A stretch of DNA of 64,000 bases from a virus (Duplodnaviria > Caudoviricetes): IMG/VR virus record IMGVR_UViG_2834368228_000004, positions 64,001 through 128,000 of that record, one strand, 5' to 3'. A program made the position numbers and the translations under genes. Position 1 is the stretch's first letter. The number at the start of each line of letters is the position of its first letter. This document shows positions 54,266 to 64,000 of this stretch, one piece after another. A model generated the notes under the pieces. That model saw only the letters and a program-made list of their open reading frames with translations. It made no database searches and was not told the origin of the DNA.

Positions 54266-57105
54266 ACCCGTTAGATAGACATGAAAATCTGCCTGGTGTA
54301 AGAGTAGAATATGAAAATGGAAATCTTTACTCTGATCAGCAAAATATTAATGCAAATACCAAATCAATCTTGATTTTGGGAACTGCTATCGATGGTCCAG
54401 TAGGAGAACCAGTATCTGTACAAGCTATTGGAGGTCCAAAGGCAGCCGAAAGACTTTTCGGTGGAATGCTTCAAAAAAAGGAAGTAGAAACAGGACAACC
54501 TGATCCAAATACAGGAGCGCCAGTAACCCAAACTGTTAAAGTCCCACATGAAGGAACATTAATTCGTTCCATGTATGAAGTATTAGCTGCAGGAAATGAA
54601 GATGTTCGATTAATGCGTGTTAGTGGAAATCAGGCAAAAACAGAATTAGTTGTCCATGATATTGAGAAGGCATTAGAACAGACTCTAGGAGTTAGTGGCG
54701 GTAACGTTTCCTTCTCTAAGCGAATTGAGTTTGGAGACACAGGAAGACTATCAACTTCTCCAATTCAACATATCCGTGAAAAAAGAGAAGATGGAACGTT
54801 AGTAAAAGAATTTGCTGGAGCTGTTGCTATTCAAAATGCTGTTCTAAGTGTTGATGCTACATCTGGCCAAGAAACAGTATTCTTTAAGCCAAACGTATTC
54901 CGACCTGGAAACAAAATTGAAGTTCAATTTAACTTCAATAAGCGTACGTATTACGAAGTGTTGCGTTCTGATGAGGATGGACGATTAACACAAGATCCTT
55001 CTAAGCCTAACTATTTTGGAAGTGAACATAGCTTCTTCTCTGATGATGTGGCTTCTGGGCATACAATTAATGTCTATGTGAATGGAATTGGTATTCCTCA
55101 AATGAGTCCTAATGGTCAATGGTTATGGAGACCTGGTAAAGAAGATCCAAGCATTTCAAACCCGCTTACAGATGCCTATACAGCTTTAGAATATGAGCAA
55201 GGCGGCATTCGTTTTACAGAAGCGTATCAAGTGGAGGTTGCAAACGGAACTTACCCAGAGTTAAATAGCTCTGCTGAAGTCGTAGCAGATTACTTCTATT
55301 ACGATGAAGTTGCATTGCCAACAAATAATGAATATGTCGTTCCAGGTGAAGATGCTACGTATACATTAGACTATCTTCCTAAACAAGAAGGTTTTAGTGT
55401 TTTTTATGAAATAGCCGGACAAAAATATGAGCTAACACCTAGATCCACAGAAAACCCAAATGGAGATTTCTCAATGATTTTTCCAGGAGAAGGTTCATCT
55501 GTCAATACAAGAGTTGTAATTAAAGCTGGTTCCGTGCCTGTAGGAGTTACATTGAAAGCTTCCTACGCAACAAATCAAACAACTTCAGTTAATCCTAAAA
55601 TCATTGTTGAGGCAGCTTATGCAGGAGAAGATTATGCAAAAGTGAAGGACATTTCTAACCCAGATAGTATTGAAGGTATTGCAATTGATATTCGTCACGA
55701 CATTACTGCAGAAGACCCTTCTGGTAAAGAGAAGATTATTCATTTCATTAAGCCAGTTAATAAACGTCAATCTGTTCGAGATGAATTTATTGAATATCGA
55801 ACAAGGGACTTGAAAGGCATTACAAATATAGGAGAGTTTGCAAACTTTGTTAATAATGACTCTCGAAATAACATTGTACGTTTAGTAGTTCCTGAAGGAA
55901 GCACAGTACCAATGCAAGGCATTGCAGCGACAAATGGCTTGGTGTATCTTGGTCAGAAATATAATGATGCATTAGGTGAATATGAAACATTTGTAGATTT
56001 AGATAAAAAAGTAGATGATCCAAAGCGTTATCCTTGGGTTGGTTCTAACGGTTTCTTTGATCGAAATAGCTTGACTAGCATGATGGAATTATATGAAGTG
56101 CTAGGTGGAGTTTTTGAACCAAATCCAACTGCTTATGATGAATACCGCTTAGTGAAGCAAGGTGTCTATAACAAGATTGAGAACTATCCAGTTGACTCTA
56201 TTGTAATGGCTGAAGCTTATATCAATACACCAATTGGAAGAGAGACATATGGAACAAATGGTCAAATCGTTGTTGTTGAGGACAAATTTAAAAACTTTGC
56301 TACTCAATTAGCACAGCATTGTGCAGTAGCAACTGCAAAAGTGAGAGAAACTATTGGATTTATTGGTGTAGAACCAGTTCGTAATGCTAGTTTACTAAGT
56401 ATTCAAGAGTATATCGAAGAGCTTGCATCCTCCAAAGTGAATGATCACTACTTGTATAACGATAGTACACACGAACACATCTTAAATGATGAGGGAGATC
56501 TTATCGATATTGGTCATTATATCAACGTCGTATTTGGGCCAGAAGTTGGATTAGTGAACGATAAGCTTGGAAACTACATTACAAACGGTGTAAGCATCTA
56601 TGCAGGGTTAAACTCTGTATTGCCAGCTGAAGTTGCTACAACCAATAAAGAGATTTCCGTTCATGGTTTACGTTATCACTTGTCTGAATCACAGCACAAT
56701 TTATTAGCTGGTGCTAGATTCGTTACATTTGATGAGCGAATTGCTACTAATGGCACAAGACAAATCAAAGTGAAAGACGGCGTGACTGCTGGTCAGCCAA
56801 ACTCTGATTATACTCGATTGTCTACCGTGAATATTACACATTTTACATCTCAAATTGTTCGATCTGTTGCAGAGCCGTTCATTGGAATGCCAAATGGTCT
56901 GGCTCAACAGAATTCAATGTCTACTGAAATTCAAGCTGGTTTAGATCGACTTAAAGAGAATGGTGTATTGCAAGACTTTAAGTTTACGATTTTCACTAGT
57001 CCAAATGAAAAAGTTCTAGGCAATGCCTTCATAACTTTAGAGATTGTTCCTGAATTTGAAACTAGACGCATTCACACAAGTGTGGCACTTCGTACAAGCC
57101 TTTAA
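54259..57105 (+). CDS. Tail sheath protein
   Basis: LPGVRVE, LGTAIDGP, FATQLAQHC, ATTNK, SDYTRLST, EPFIG, LEIVPEFE. Confidence 0.85.
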   Translation: MVNPLDRHENLPGVRVEYENGNLYSDQQNINANTKSILILGTAIDGPVGEPVSVQAIGGPKAAERLFGGMLQKKEVETGQPDPNTGAPVTQTVKVPHEGTLIRSMYEVLAAGNEDVRLMRVSGNQAKTELVVHDIEKALEQTLGVSGGNVSFSKRIEFGDTGRLSTSPIQHIREKREDGTLVKEFAGAVAIQNAVLSVDATSGQETVFFKPNVFRPGNKIEVQFNFNKRTYYEVLRSDEDGRLTQDPSKPNYFGSEHSFFSDDVASGHTINVYVNGIGIPQMSPNGQWLWRPGKEDPSISNPLTDAYTALEYEQGGIRFTEAYQVEVANGTYPELNSSAEVVADYFYYDEVALPTNNEYVVPGEDATYTLDYLPKQEGFSVFYEIAGQKYELTPRSTENPNGDFSMIFPGEGSSVNTRVVIKAGSVPVGVTLKASYATNQTTSVNPKIIVEAAYAGEDYAKVKDISNPDSIEGIAIDIRHDITAEDPSGKEKIIHFIKPVNKRQSVRDEFIEYRTRDLKGITNIGEFANFVNNDSRNNIVRLVVPEGSTVPMQGIAATNGLVYLGQKYNDALGEYETFVDLDKKVDDPKRYPWVGSNGFFDRNSLTSMMELYEVLGGVFEPNPTAYDEYRLVKQGVYNKIENYPVDSIVMAEAYINTPIGRETYGTNGQIVVVEDKFKNFATQLAQHCAVATAKVRETIGFIGVEPVRNASLLSIQEYIEELASSKVNDHYLYNDSTHEHILNDEGDLIDIGHYINVVFGPEVGLVNDKLGNYITNGVSIYAGLNSVLPAEVATTNKEISVHGLRYHLSESQHNLLAGARFVTFDERIATNGTRQIKVKDGVTAGQPNSDYTRLSTVNITHFTSQIVRSVAEPFIGMPNGLAQQNSMSTEIQAGLDRLKENGVLQDFKFTIFTSPNEKVLGNAFITLEIVPEFETRRIHTSVALRTSL

Positions 57106-57164
57106 TAGTTAGGAGGGGATCTCCCCTCCTACAAAATATAGAAATAATTAAGGAGTGAATAGAA

Positions 57165-57884
57165 TTGAATATGACAACTGAAGAATACTCTCGTACATTT
57201 TCTTCCTATTCAGGAGCAGATATTGTCGCATCTTTTAATGGTCGAGTAATTGGTGAGTTGCAGGCTTTAAGTTATTCTGTAAGTCGTGAGGTCGCACCAA
57301 TTTACACAATGGGTTCAGCAGACGCAAGATCTTATTCTCGTGGGAAGCGTGGAATTAGTGGCTCATTAGTGTTTGTAACATTTGATCGTGATGCACTGAT
57401 GGAGGAAATGAAAAAAGATTATTCTGGAAAAGCACCTGCAATGATGCAATATCAAACATTCCAAGCAAATGCAGGATCTCTAGAAAATCAGATTTTAAGT
57501 GGATTAAGGTCCAGAGCAGCTGATGGTCAAAGCACATATGGGATATCTACTTGGGATGACCAAATGACAAACCTTGGATATGGACCATCTGGTGATTTCA
57601 ATCCAGATAATTTAACTGGATTCTATGACCCAGAATACGCTGACCAATTAATGCCTTTCAACATTACGGTAACCATGGCAAACGAATTTGGTAATCGATC
57701 TGGAATGGAAATTTACGGCATCCAATTACTAAATGAAGGCTCTGGATTCTCTATCGATGATGTAGTAACTGCTAAAGCATATTCTTTTGTGGCACGTAAA
57801 ATCAAAGGAATTCAGAAGAAAGATAGTTTACGTCAAGAAGGACGTGCTAGCGCTAGGCCAGTATCAGGTGACTTGCTAAGATAA
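57165..57884 (+). CDS. Major tail tube protein
   Basis: SYSGADI, ALSYSVSRE.APIYTMG, RGKRGISGSLVF, PFNITVTMANEFG; follows sheath and has its own terminator. Confidence 0.8.
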   Translation: MNMTTEEYSRTFSSYSGADIVASFNGRVIGELQALSYSVSREVAPIYTMGSADARSYSRGKRGISGSLVFVTFDRDALMEEMKKDYSGKAPAMMQYQTFQANAGSLENQILSGLRSRAADGQSTYGISTWDDQMTNLGYGPSGDFNPDNLTGFYDPEYADQLMPFNITVTMANEFGNRSGMEIYGIQLLNEGSGFSIDDVVTAKAYSFVARKIKGIQKKDSLRQEGRASARPVSGDLLR

Positions 57885-57894
57885 TCAAAAAATG

Positions 57895-57932
57895 AAAAGA
57901 GACAGCCTACTTGGTAAGCTGTCTCTTTTTTT
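57895..57932 (+). terminator. Intrinsic terminator
   Basis: AAAAGAGACAGC/GCTGTCTCTTTT followed by a T-run. Confidence 0.8.
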
Positions 57933-57946
57933 AAAGGAGTGATTAA

Positions 57947-58837
57947 ATGAGACTAGTTATAGAAGCCCTTTTAATGATGATTCGAAACAGTGACTATGAA
58001 CTATATGTAAAGCAAGGAACTGTTCGCTTAAATTTAGAAAAGAATGTCATGAAAGCTTTAACAGATATGGATGAAAGAGGGTGGCAGTGGGCGATATCTA
58101 ATATTATTGAAATCATAAAAAGCATGGTTGGTTTAGAAAATACTTACTACGCATTACAAAGATCATTAGCGGAATACAGTACTGAATTAAGCGAAGAACA
58201 GTCTGCTTGGCTCACTCAGCAAGTAAATCAAATCAGAAGCGATTTAAGAGATAGAGGTGTAAACACAGATAGACCTAGAAGCGCAGCAAGAAATGCTGTT
58301 AATGGCTCAGATATTCGTGTCGCAAATAAAACTATCCCTAATAAAATTAATGAAAAGCTATATAAACCAGAAACTAATAACAGTTATGCAGGGTCAGATA
58401 TCGTAGCATCTATTAATATCCCAGGAAAAGGACCAGTCATTTTTGGAGAATTGACGAATGTGTCCTACTCCATTTTCAGAGAAAAGGTTCCAGTTCGATC
58501 TTTAGGTTCTGTAACAATGAGAGGTTATACAAGAGGGATGAGAACAGTTTCTGGAATTCTAAGTTTTACAGTATTTGACGAGAGTGTTGTGTATCAATGC
58601 CTAGAAGACTTAAAGAAATTAGGTTATCGCCCTCTAATGGATGAAATGCCTCTTTTTGATGTAACAATTACAATGGCTAATGAATTTGGTAGTCGGTCTA
58701 ATCTAACAATCTATGGTGTTACAACTTTTACAGAAGGAATGGTATTAAGTGTTGACGATTTGATGACTCAAAATGTATATGAATTTTATGCAATCGATGT
58801 AGATCCAATAGCAAAGCTGGAAAGCAAGGAGAGATAG
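57947..58837 (+). CDS. Tail-tube-fold paralog with N-terminal extension
   Basis: SYAGSDI, SYSIFREK.P, RGMRTVSG, FDVTITMANEFG. Confidence 0.7.
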   Translation: MRLVIEALLMMIRNSDYELYVKQGTVRLNLEKNVMKALTDMDERGWQWAISNIIEIIKSMVGLENTYYALQRSLAEYSTELSEEQSAWLTQQVNQIRSDLRDRGVNTDRPRSAARNAVNGSDIRVANKTIPNKINEKLYKPETNNSYAGSDIVASINIPGKGPVIFGELTNVSYSIFREKVPVRSLGSVTMRGYTRGMRTVSGILSFTVFDESVVYQCLEDLKKLGYRPLMDEMPLFDVTITMANEFGSRSNLTIYGVTTFTEGMVLSVDDLMTQNVYEFYAIDVDPIAKLESKER

Positions 58838-58838
58838 T

Positions 58839-59600
58839 ATGAATAGACAAATGAGAGGTTTTGCTCCGCAGCGAGACTTATATAACCGTAGGGATACACG
58901 TGTTGAATACCAGTTATTTAGCCAAGAATATTTTTCGGGAGCAGACATGCACATATATTTTGGTGATATATGGGTGGATGAAATCACAGACTTATCATTT
59001 CAAATGCAAGAAGAAGTGCTACCTATCTATGGTTATAATTCCTACACCTTCGATGAGTTGGCGAGAGGGAGAAGAATGATATCTGGAATGTTTACAATGA
59101 ACTTTACATCTGTCGGTTATCTTCAAAAAATATTAGATCACGCAGACGCCATTAATCATGTGGTAGGTGCAGCTGCTGGTGCTAATCCAATTAATATTAA
59201 AAACTATGATAAGTATCGATTGGATGAGATTCTTGCACTTTATGGCAAAGATAGTTTTGAGCAAATTGCAAATGAATATGAAGAGGCCATTTGGGGTAAG
59301 TCTGAAATGAGTGAGTCTAATGCACTTAGCCTACCCAATCAACCATATTTTCAACGAAACAATAAAGATGGCTTTGACATTAGAATACATTATGGTCCTG
59401 TAGAAGAAACATATAGAAATAATAGTGTCTATCGAGTAGATTCTCAACGTATGAAGCCAAACTTAACTGTTGAAAGTTTAAATGGGGTTCAAATAACAGG
59501 ATTACAAAAAAGCGCAGGAACATCTGGACAGGGAGCACCTGTTCAAGAGACTTATACATTTATAGCGCAGGATCTAAATAGGACTTCCATTAAAGGTTAA
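58839..59600 (+). CDS. Tail-tube-fold paralog
   Basis: YFSGAD, PIYGYNS, RGRRMISG, YTFIA. Confidence 0.7.
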   Translation: MNRQMRGFAPQRDLYNRRDTRVEYQLFSQEYFSGADMHIYFGDIWVDEITDLSFQMQEEVLPIYGYNSYTFDELARGRRMISGMFTMNFTSVGYLQKILDHADAINHVVGAAAGANPINIKNYDKYRLDEILALYGKDSFEQIANEYEEAIWGKSEMSESNALSLPNQPYFQRNNKDGFDIRIHYGPVEETYRNNSVYRVDSQRMKPNLTVESLNGVQITGLQKSAGTSGQGAPVQETYTFIAQDLNRTSIKG

Positions 59601-59651
59601 AAACATCTATAATATTAATATGAAATGCATTACATTCAAAGGAGAATTGAA

Positions 59652-60089
59652 ATGGAAGAAAATAATAATCAAGAAGTAGCCGTTGTAGAAGAAGCTGTAA
59701 AAGAGGAGGATGTAAAAACTGTCCTCACAGAACGTGGAGAAAAGTTTACAGAAGAAGAGTGGAAATCGCCAGTATTTAAAAATGGCCCAACTAGGGAACA
59801 AGTTGAAGCCTGGAAGGATAAATATGAAGATATATATTTCACACCATTTGATGGTGAAACATATATCTGGAGAACATTATATAGAGAAGAATACAGAGAA
59901 GTTGTTTCAAAAGCAGATATGACAGTATTTGATAAAGAGGAAACATTTACAGATCTTTGTGTATTATTTCCTTTAAATTATAGTAGTATCAGTGCTCGAC
60001 AAAAGAAAGCAGGTATTCCAACTACGTTGTTTTCAATGATTATGGATAAGTCTGGATTTGTCGCACAAACAGCTCCAATTAAGTTGTAA
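59652..60089 (+). CDS. Tail assembly chaperone
   Basis: ATG 59652 after AAGGAG; WKDKY.DIY, WRTL.R.EY, CVLFP, AGIP.TL...IM..SGF. Confidence 0.65.
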   Translation: MEENNNQEVAVVEEAVKEEDVKTVLTERGEKFTEEEWKSPVFKNGPTREQVEAWKDKYEDIYFTPFDGETYIWRTLYREEYREVVSKADMTVFDKEETFTDLCVLFPLNYSSISARQKKAGIPTTLFSMIMDKSGFVAQTAPIKL

Positions 60090-60104
60090 TTAGCAGGTGA
60101 TAAT

Positions 60105-60821
60105 ATGGCTCTTCCTTTAAAAGAAATAGAAGAATTTAAAACTAAATATGAAGACATATATGAAATTACTATTGGCGATAAAGAAGGAGAATTTTCATAT
60201 ACATTCATTTATCGATTGATTGGAAAGAAAGAGTATAACGACATTATGGATGATGAAGTGGATATTCTACAAAGCCAGGAAAGAGTATGTAATCTCTGCA
60301 TACTTTATCCTGAATATGATTTTACAGAGGGGTTAGCAGGAATTGCAGAAGTTTTATCTAATCATATCATTCATTCATCCTCTTTAATGCAAGGTCAGCA
60401 AGTAGAATTGCTAAGTAACTATCGTGAAGAGATGATGATTTTTGATTATCAAATTGACTGTATTATTCATGAAGCGTTTCCTGAATATCCTATTGAAGAA
60501 ATAGGTAACTGGACTATTGATAAAACGATGTATTATCTGTCACGAGCAGAATATATCTTAAAAGAACTTAGAGGTGTTCCGCTTCAATATATACCTCAAG
60601 AAGAAGCAATTCCTCAAGAGCAGCAATATCAGAACACCTTTCATGCTAATAAAAATGATGTATCTCCATCTCAAATGGAAGATGAAGGTCTAAAATTGAT
60701 TATGGAAAATGAAACGAAAAAAGGAAAACAAATCAACACTGAATTAAGTAATGTTAATGACATGATGCCAGAGTTGTCCTGGTTTGCATCAGAAGAAAAT
60801 CTAAAAGGTGAGTTTGATTAA
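60105..60821 (+). CDS. Tail assembly chaperone paralog with C-terminal extension
   Basis: FKTKYEDIY, YRLI.KKEY, CILYP, AGIAEVL. Confidence 0.65.
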   Translation: MALPLKEIEEFKTKYEDIYEITIGDKEGEFSYTFIYRLIGKKEYNDIMDDEVDILQSQERVCNLCILYPEYDFTEGLAGIAEVLSNHIIHSSSLMQGQQVELLSNYREEMMIFDYQIDCIIHEAFPEYPIEEIGNWTIDKTMYYLSRAEYILKELRGVPLQYIPQEEAIPQEQQYQNTFHANKNDVSPSQMEDEGLKLIMENETKKGKQINTELSNVNDMMPELSWFASEENLKGEFD

Positions 60822-60836
60822 TAGGTGGGTGTTTCT

Positions 60837-63800
60837 GTGGAAGAAGTAAGAGTTGAAGATTATCAGAATAGAGAACATGACTATCGACGTTTTCTTGCTT
60901 CAGAAGCAGAACGTAATGAAATGCCATTTTATCAAAAATTAGGCCTTGGAGTTGCGGCTGCAGCTGGAGCATTAGCGGTAGGATATAGAACAGGTGCTAT
61001 GCGCCATATGGCAAGATATCTTGATGATGTTGTTGCACCAACCAGGCAGGCAGTACGTGAAGTCTCTTCAGAGGAATCACCAATACTGAAAAACTTAAGC
61101 TTGGATGGTTTAAGAGATCGTGGATTGAAGATACAAGACAGACGAAATGAATTAATGCAATTGCGTCAAGAACAATCAAACTTATTAGATCGTAGAGAGT
61201 TTGATATGGTTCGTTACCTTCGTCAACGAGATACGCTAATCAATAAGGACGTTCCTGAATATATCTCTGAAGGACTTCGTTTTCAGTCTGTGATGCGTGA
61301 TATTAGAAACTCACCTTCTATAAAAAGGGAAACTGCTAATCAGATTGAGAAAGGATTGGCATCAGGGTATACCGGCATCTTAAAACGTGGAAGTGCTTCC
61401 GATATCAATCACCTATTAAGACAGTCAGGTGTTCAAGATAAAGATGTTCTTGATGTTGTGCATGACGCTAGAAAGAATAACCGGGATCAAGACTTTTCTA
61501 GAAGATCTGAAGAAGGAAGAGCTTGGATTGAAAACGTTCAAGAAAAATTAAGGCAGTCAACAGCTCAAGACATTGAATCTATCACAAAGCAAAATAATCC
61601 AATTAAGCAGTCTCTTTTAGGTAAGAGTCAACGTCAAGCTACCATTCAAGACGTATTAGAGCTACATAAATCAAAACAAATTGTTTTAAATGAAGATGTA
61701 CTTGGTCAGATTAAAGATGTAACCAAACACAATAAAGGGTTTCAGGATGCAATTTTTGATAACAATCTATATGTCACATTGAAAGATGGAAAAGTATCAG
61801 GCTATGCTGATTATAAGGCATTTGATAATGTCGGAAGAAACACTATGGAGTGGTGGTCACATACGATGCCTGGTGGATTAATGCATTTTCGTGACATGAT
61901 TAATATGCGAACAGCTAGAGAGCAGTCAAGCTTCCGTATTTTTAAAAGAGGTAGTATTCAACCTATGTTGAATGCTCACATGAATATTAATCCAGGTGAA
62001 GCTCTGACAGAAGATGTAGTCTTTTCTGGTGGAAGATTCATGCGATTATTTGATGATAACGCAATTAATAGTAATCAACCGCTTGAAGTGTTAAATCCAA
62101 ATAGAGAGATGTATCTTACTTCTTCTCGATATGGTACTGTTTCCACAATCACTCGACAAGCAAGTGGTGTTATGACAGATGGTACCCGCAGTGTTATGGG
62201 AGTCGATGTAACGAATAATAGACTTTTTAAATCCTTGGATATAGGTGGTCAAGAGAAAGACCCAATTGCATCAGAAGGTTTTAGTGTTTTTAGTAAGTTC
62301 TTTGACCCGGAATGGGACAGAAATCGTATTAATAAGGCTTTATCTAAAGGTATTGATTCACCTGAAGAGTATCATTTCTTACAGAGATTTTTAGATGAAA
62401 ATACGATTGGACTATCACCTAGAGTATTAAATCAAATAGAATCACATTTACCACAGTCATTACAGACTGAAATTAAAGATATGGGAATTCATTTTGGACG
62501 AGACGAAGATATGCTTAAGCTATTTAAGCATCTTGGTGAAGGGAATTATCGGACAAGTTTTGAATTCAATCAATTGTATAGAAACTTTGATCGAAACCCG
62601 GAAGAAGTCTTAAATAGAACAATGCCCAGAGGAAGAACAAGTGTCATCTTAGGCGGCAGCATAGAAGTTAAAACAGGAATGGATCAAATCAATCAAGAGA
62701 TTGGTAAAGAATTGGTTCGCCAAATAGCACAGCATGAATCGATTACTTCAGGTGTCCCTGTTCGAGAAGCACAGCATACTTTACGTAACATATTGAAAGA
62801 CAAAAGTAGTGAAGGACTTTTAACAAAACCTGAATTTCAAAACGCTGAAAGATTAATAAATCAACAAATGTTTGAGCAAGCTGGAAAGAGTTTAAGAGGA
62901 AACTATGAGCACCTCATTAGTGAAACCAACCAATTATTGTTAGGCAAAGATAATATCAATCAAACATTCCAACAAGGACTAGATACTTTATCTAAACAAG
63001 TAAATCCATTGCTTCATAAAAGCACAAATGCAAACCATGTCAATCAAATTGCAGATGAATACGTAGCAGTTAATAAGTCAAATGTTTGGGATAACTTAAA
63101 AAGTATTGATGGAATTAGAGATTTAGGTAGACAATTAAGTTTACGTACTGGTTCTCGAAATATGGAAGACATGACTACATTATCTATCTTTGGATCTTAT
63201 TATCCAGCATATCGTTTACAAGAAGCTTTAGGCAGTCTTGGACTAGGTTTATCTGGAGCTTCTATGGGAAGTCCGTTGCAAATATGGAGCTCCTTGCTTT
63301 TAAAGCGTGGACTTCCGATTGTCGCAGGTGTTGAAGGTTATCAGTACGCTGACTATTTGATGGATGAATATACAGGAGCAGGATTTTCGGAAAGATGGGA
63401 AAACTATAAAGCTCATCAGCGGTTAGCTGATGCTGGTGCTAGGGAAGAATTCGATTCAATAGCTGACTTAGAAAGACAACGTATGCTGCGTCCTGGAATT
63501 GAACATTTTGAAGCAATGCCATCTATTCATTTACCTGGATTTGGTGAAGTAGGTCCTGGTGTTCTTCTTAATCAAATGATGGGAGCTGTAACTGGAATAT
63601 CTTCTCCATTATCTGATAAAGATACAATGACAGTAGAAGAGACATACGATGATATCCTCCATGGTACAGATGAGATTCGTAAAGGTCGATGGTGGGCAAT
63701 CGGGTCACGGACTGCTTATCGTGGAGACCGTATCATTGAATTTGCTCCTAATAGTTATAGGCAAGCCCACAGTGATTGGGAGTATACCAATGTTATTGGA

Positions 63801-64000
63801 AGCGGAGAAGAGCAGTATGCTCATTCCTTATTTCCAACGTTTGAAAACCCACTAGGAGCTCTTTCCTTTCTAATTGGAACTAGAGATCCTTACTGGTTTG
63901 AGAAAAAGCATTATTATGATCGGCCTTATCTTTTAACAGGTGATTTCTTCAATAGTAATACTCCTTTCATTGGAGATATTGGAAATATGACCATAGGACA
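60837..64000 (+). CDS. Giant virion protein at the tape-measure position (>1050 aa, runs off window)
   Basis: Absent from ORF track, consistent with no stop; GTG 60837 after AGGTGGG, frame matches at the window end; LGLGVAAAAGALAVG, IRKGRWW, DPYWFEKKHYYDRPY. Confidence 0.75.
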   Translation, partial: MEEVRVEDYQNREHDYRRFLASEAERNEMPFYQKLGLGVAAAAGALAVGYRTGAMRHMARYLDDVVAPTRQAVREVSSEESPILKNLSLDGLRDRGLKIQDRRNELMQLRQEQSNLLDRREFDMVRYLRQRDTLINKDVPEYISEGLRFQSVMRDIRNSPSIKRETANQIEKGLASGYTGILKRGSASDINHLLRQSGVQDKDVLDVVHDARKNNRDQDFSRRSEEGRAWIENVQEKLRQSTAQDIESITKQNNPIKQSLLGKSQRQATIQDVLELHKSKQIVLNEDVLGQIKDVTKHNKGFQDAIFDNNLYVTLKDGKVSGYADYKAFDNVGRNTMEWWSHTMPGGLMHFRDMINMRTAREQSSFRIFKRGSIQPMLNAHMNINPGEALTEDVVFSGGRFMRLFDDNAINSNQPLEVLNPNREMYLTSSRYGTVSTITRQASGVMTDGTRSVMGVDVTNNRLFKSLDIGGQEKDPIASEGFSVFSKFFDPEWDRNRINKALSKGIDSPEEYHFLQRFLDENTIGLSPRVLNQIESHLPQSLQTEIKDMGIHFGRDEDMLKLFKHLGEGNYRTSFEFNQLYRNFDRNPEEVLNRTMPRGRTSVILGGSIEVKTGMDQINQEIGKELVRQIAQHESITSGVPVREAQHTLRNILKDKSSEGLLTKPEFQNAERLINQQMFEQAGKSLRGNYEHLISETNQLLLGKDNINQTFQQGLDTLSKQVNPLLHKSTNANHVNQIADEYVAVNKSNVWDNLKSIDGIRDLGRQLSLRTGSRNMEDMTTLSIFGSYYPAYRLQEALGSLGLGLSGASMGSPLQIWSSLLLKRGLPIVAGVEGYQYADYLMDEYTGAGFSERWENYKAHQRLADAGAREEFDSIADLERQRMLRPGIEHFEAMPSIHLPGFGEVGPGVLLNQMMGAVTGISSPLSDKDTMTVEETYDDILHGTDEIRKGRWWAIGSRTAYRGDRIIEFAPNSYRQAHSDWEYTNVIGSGEEQYAHSLFPTFENPLGALSFLIGTRDPYWFEKKHYYDRPYLLTGDFFNSNTPFIGDIGNMTIG

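Noticed and set aside
33716-63855. Many 60-110 aa antisense or alternate-frame ORFs inside structural genes
   Set aside because: Shadow ORFs of long genes with no RBS or recognisable motifs

Overview
AT-rich segment of a large Bacillaceae-type contractile-tailed phage, probably a phage-plasmid (plasmidial prophage). Gene order recalls pBtic235 / 0305phi8-36-like elements; this is recognition by eye, not a database result. Left arm (1-25.1 kb, almost all minus strand): PRTRC-like ThiF/E2 genes, SNF2 helicase, RadC, LysM protein, macrodomain, metallophosphoesterase, many micro-ORFs and several apparently catalytically dead enzyme folds. It also holds a MerR-HTH/coiled-coil gene preceded by helically phased repeats. 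A ~6 kb block (19.1-25.1 kb) encodes a 1178-aa YonO/RdRP-like single-subunit RNA polymerase; its upstream transcript carries a type II hammerhead ribozyme (U3-A8 core variant) and three further pseudoknotted RNAs. Right arm (25.3-64 kb, plus strand): a small accessory operon ending in a truncated terminase-like ATPase, an ncRNA locus (tRNA-Asn, a tRNA-like element, tRNA-Pro, GOLLD RNA, anti-Shine-Dalgarno hairpins) and a ParMRC-type partition cassette. The morphogenesis module follows: terminase, portal, protease/scaffold, capsid, Ig-like proteins, neck, two sheath-like and three tube-like genes, chaperones and a giant protein running off the end. A 14-bp palindrome TGTAATGCATTACA marks several promoters. 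All annotations come from motif reading without tools.
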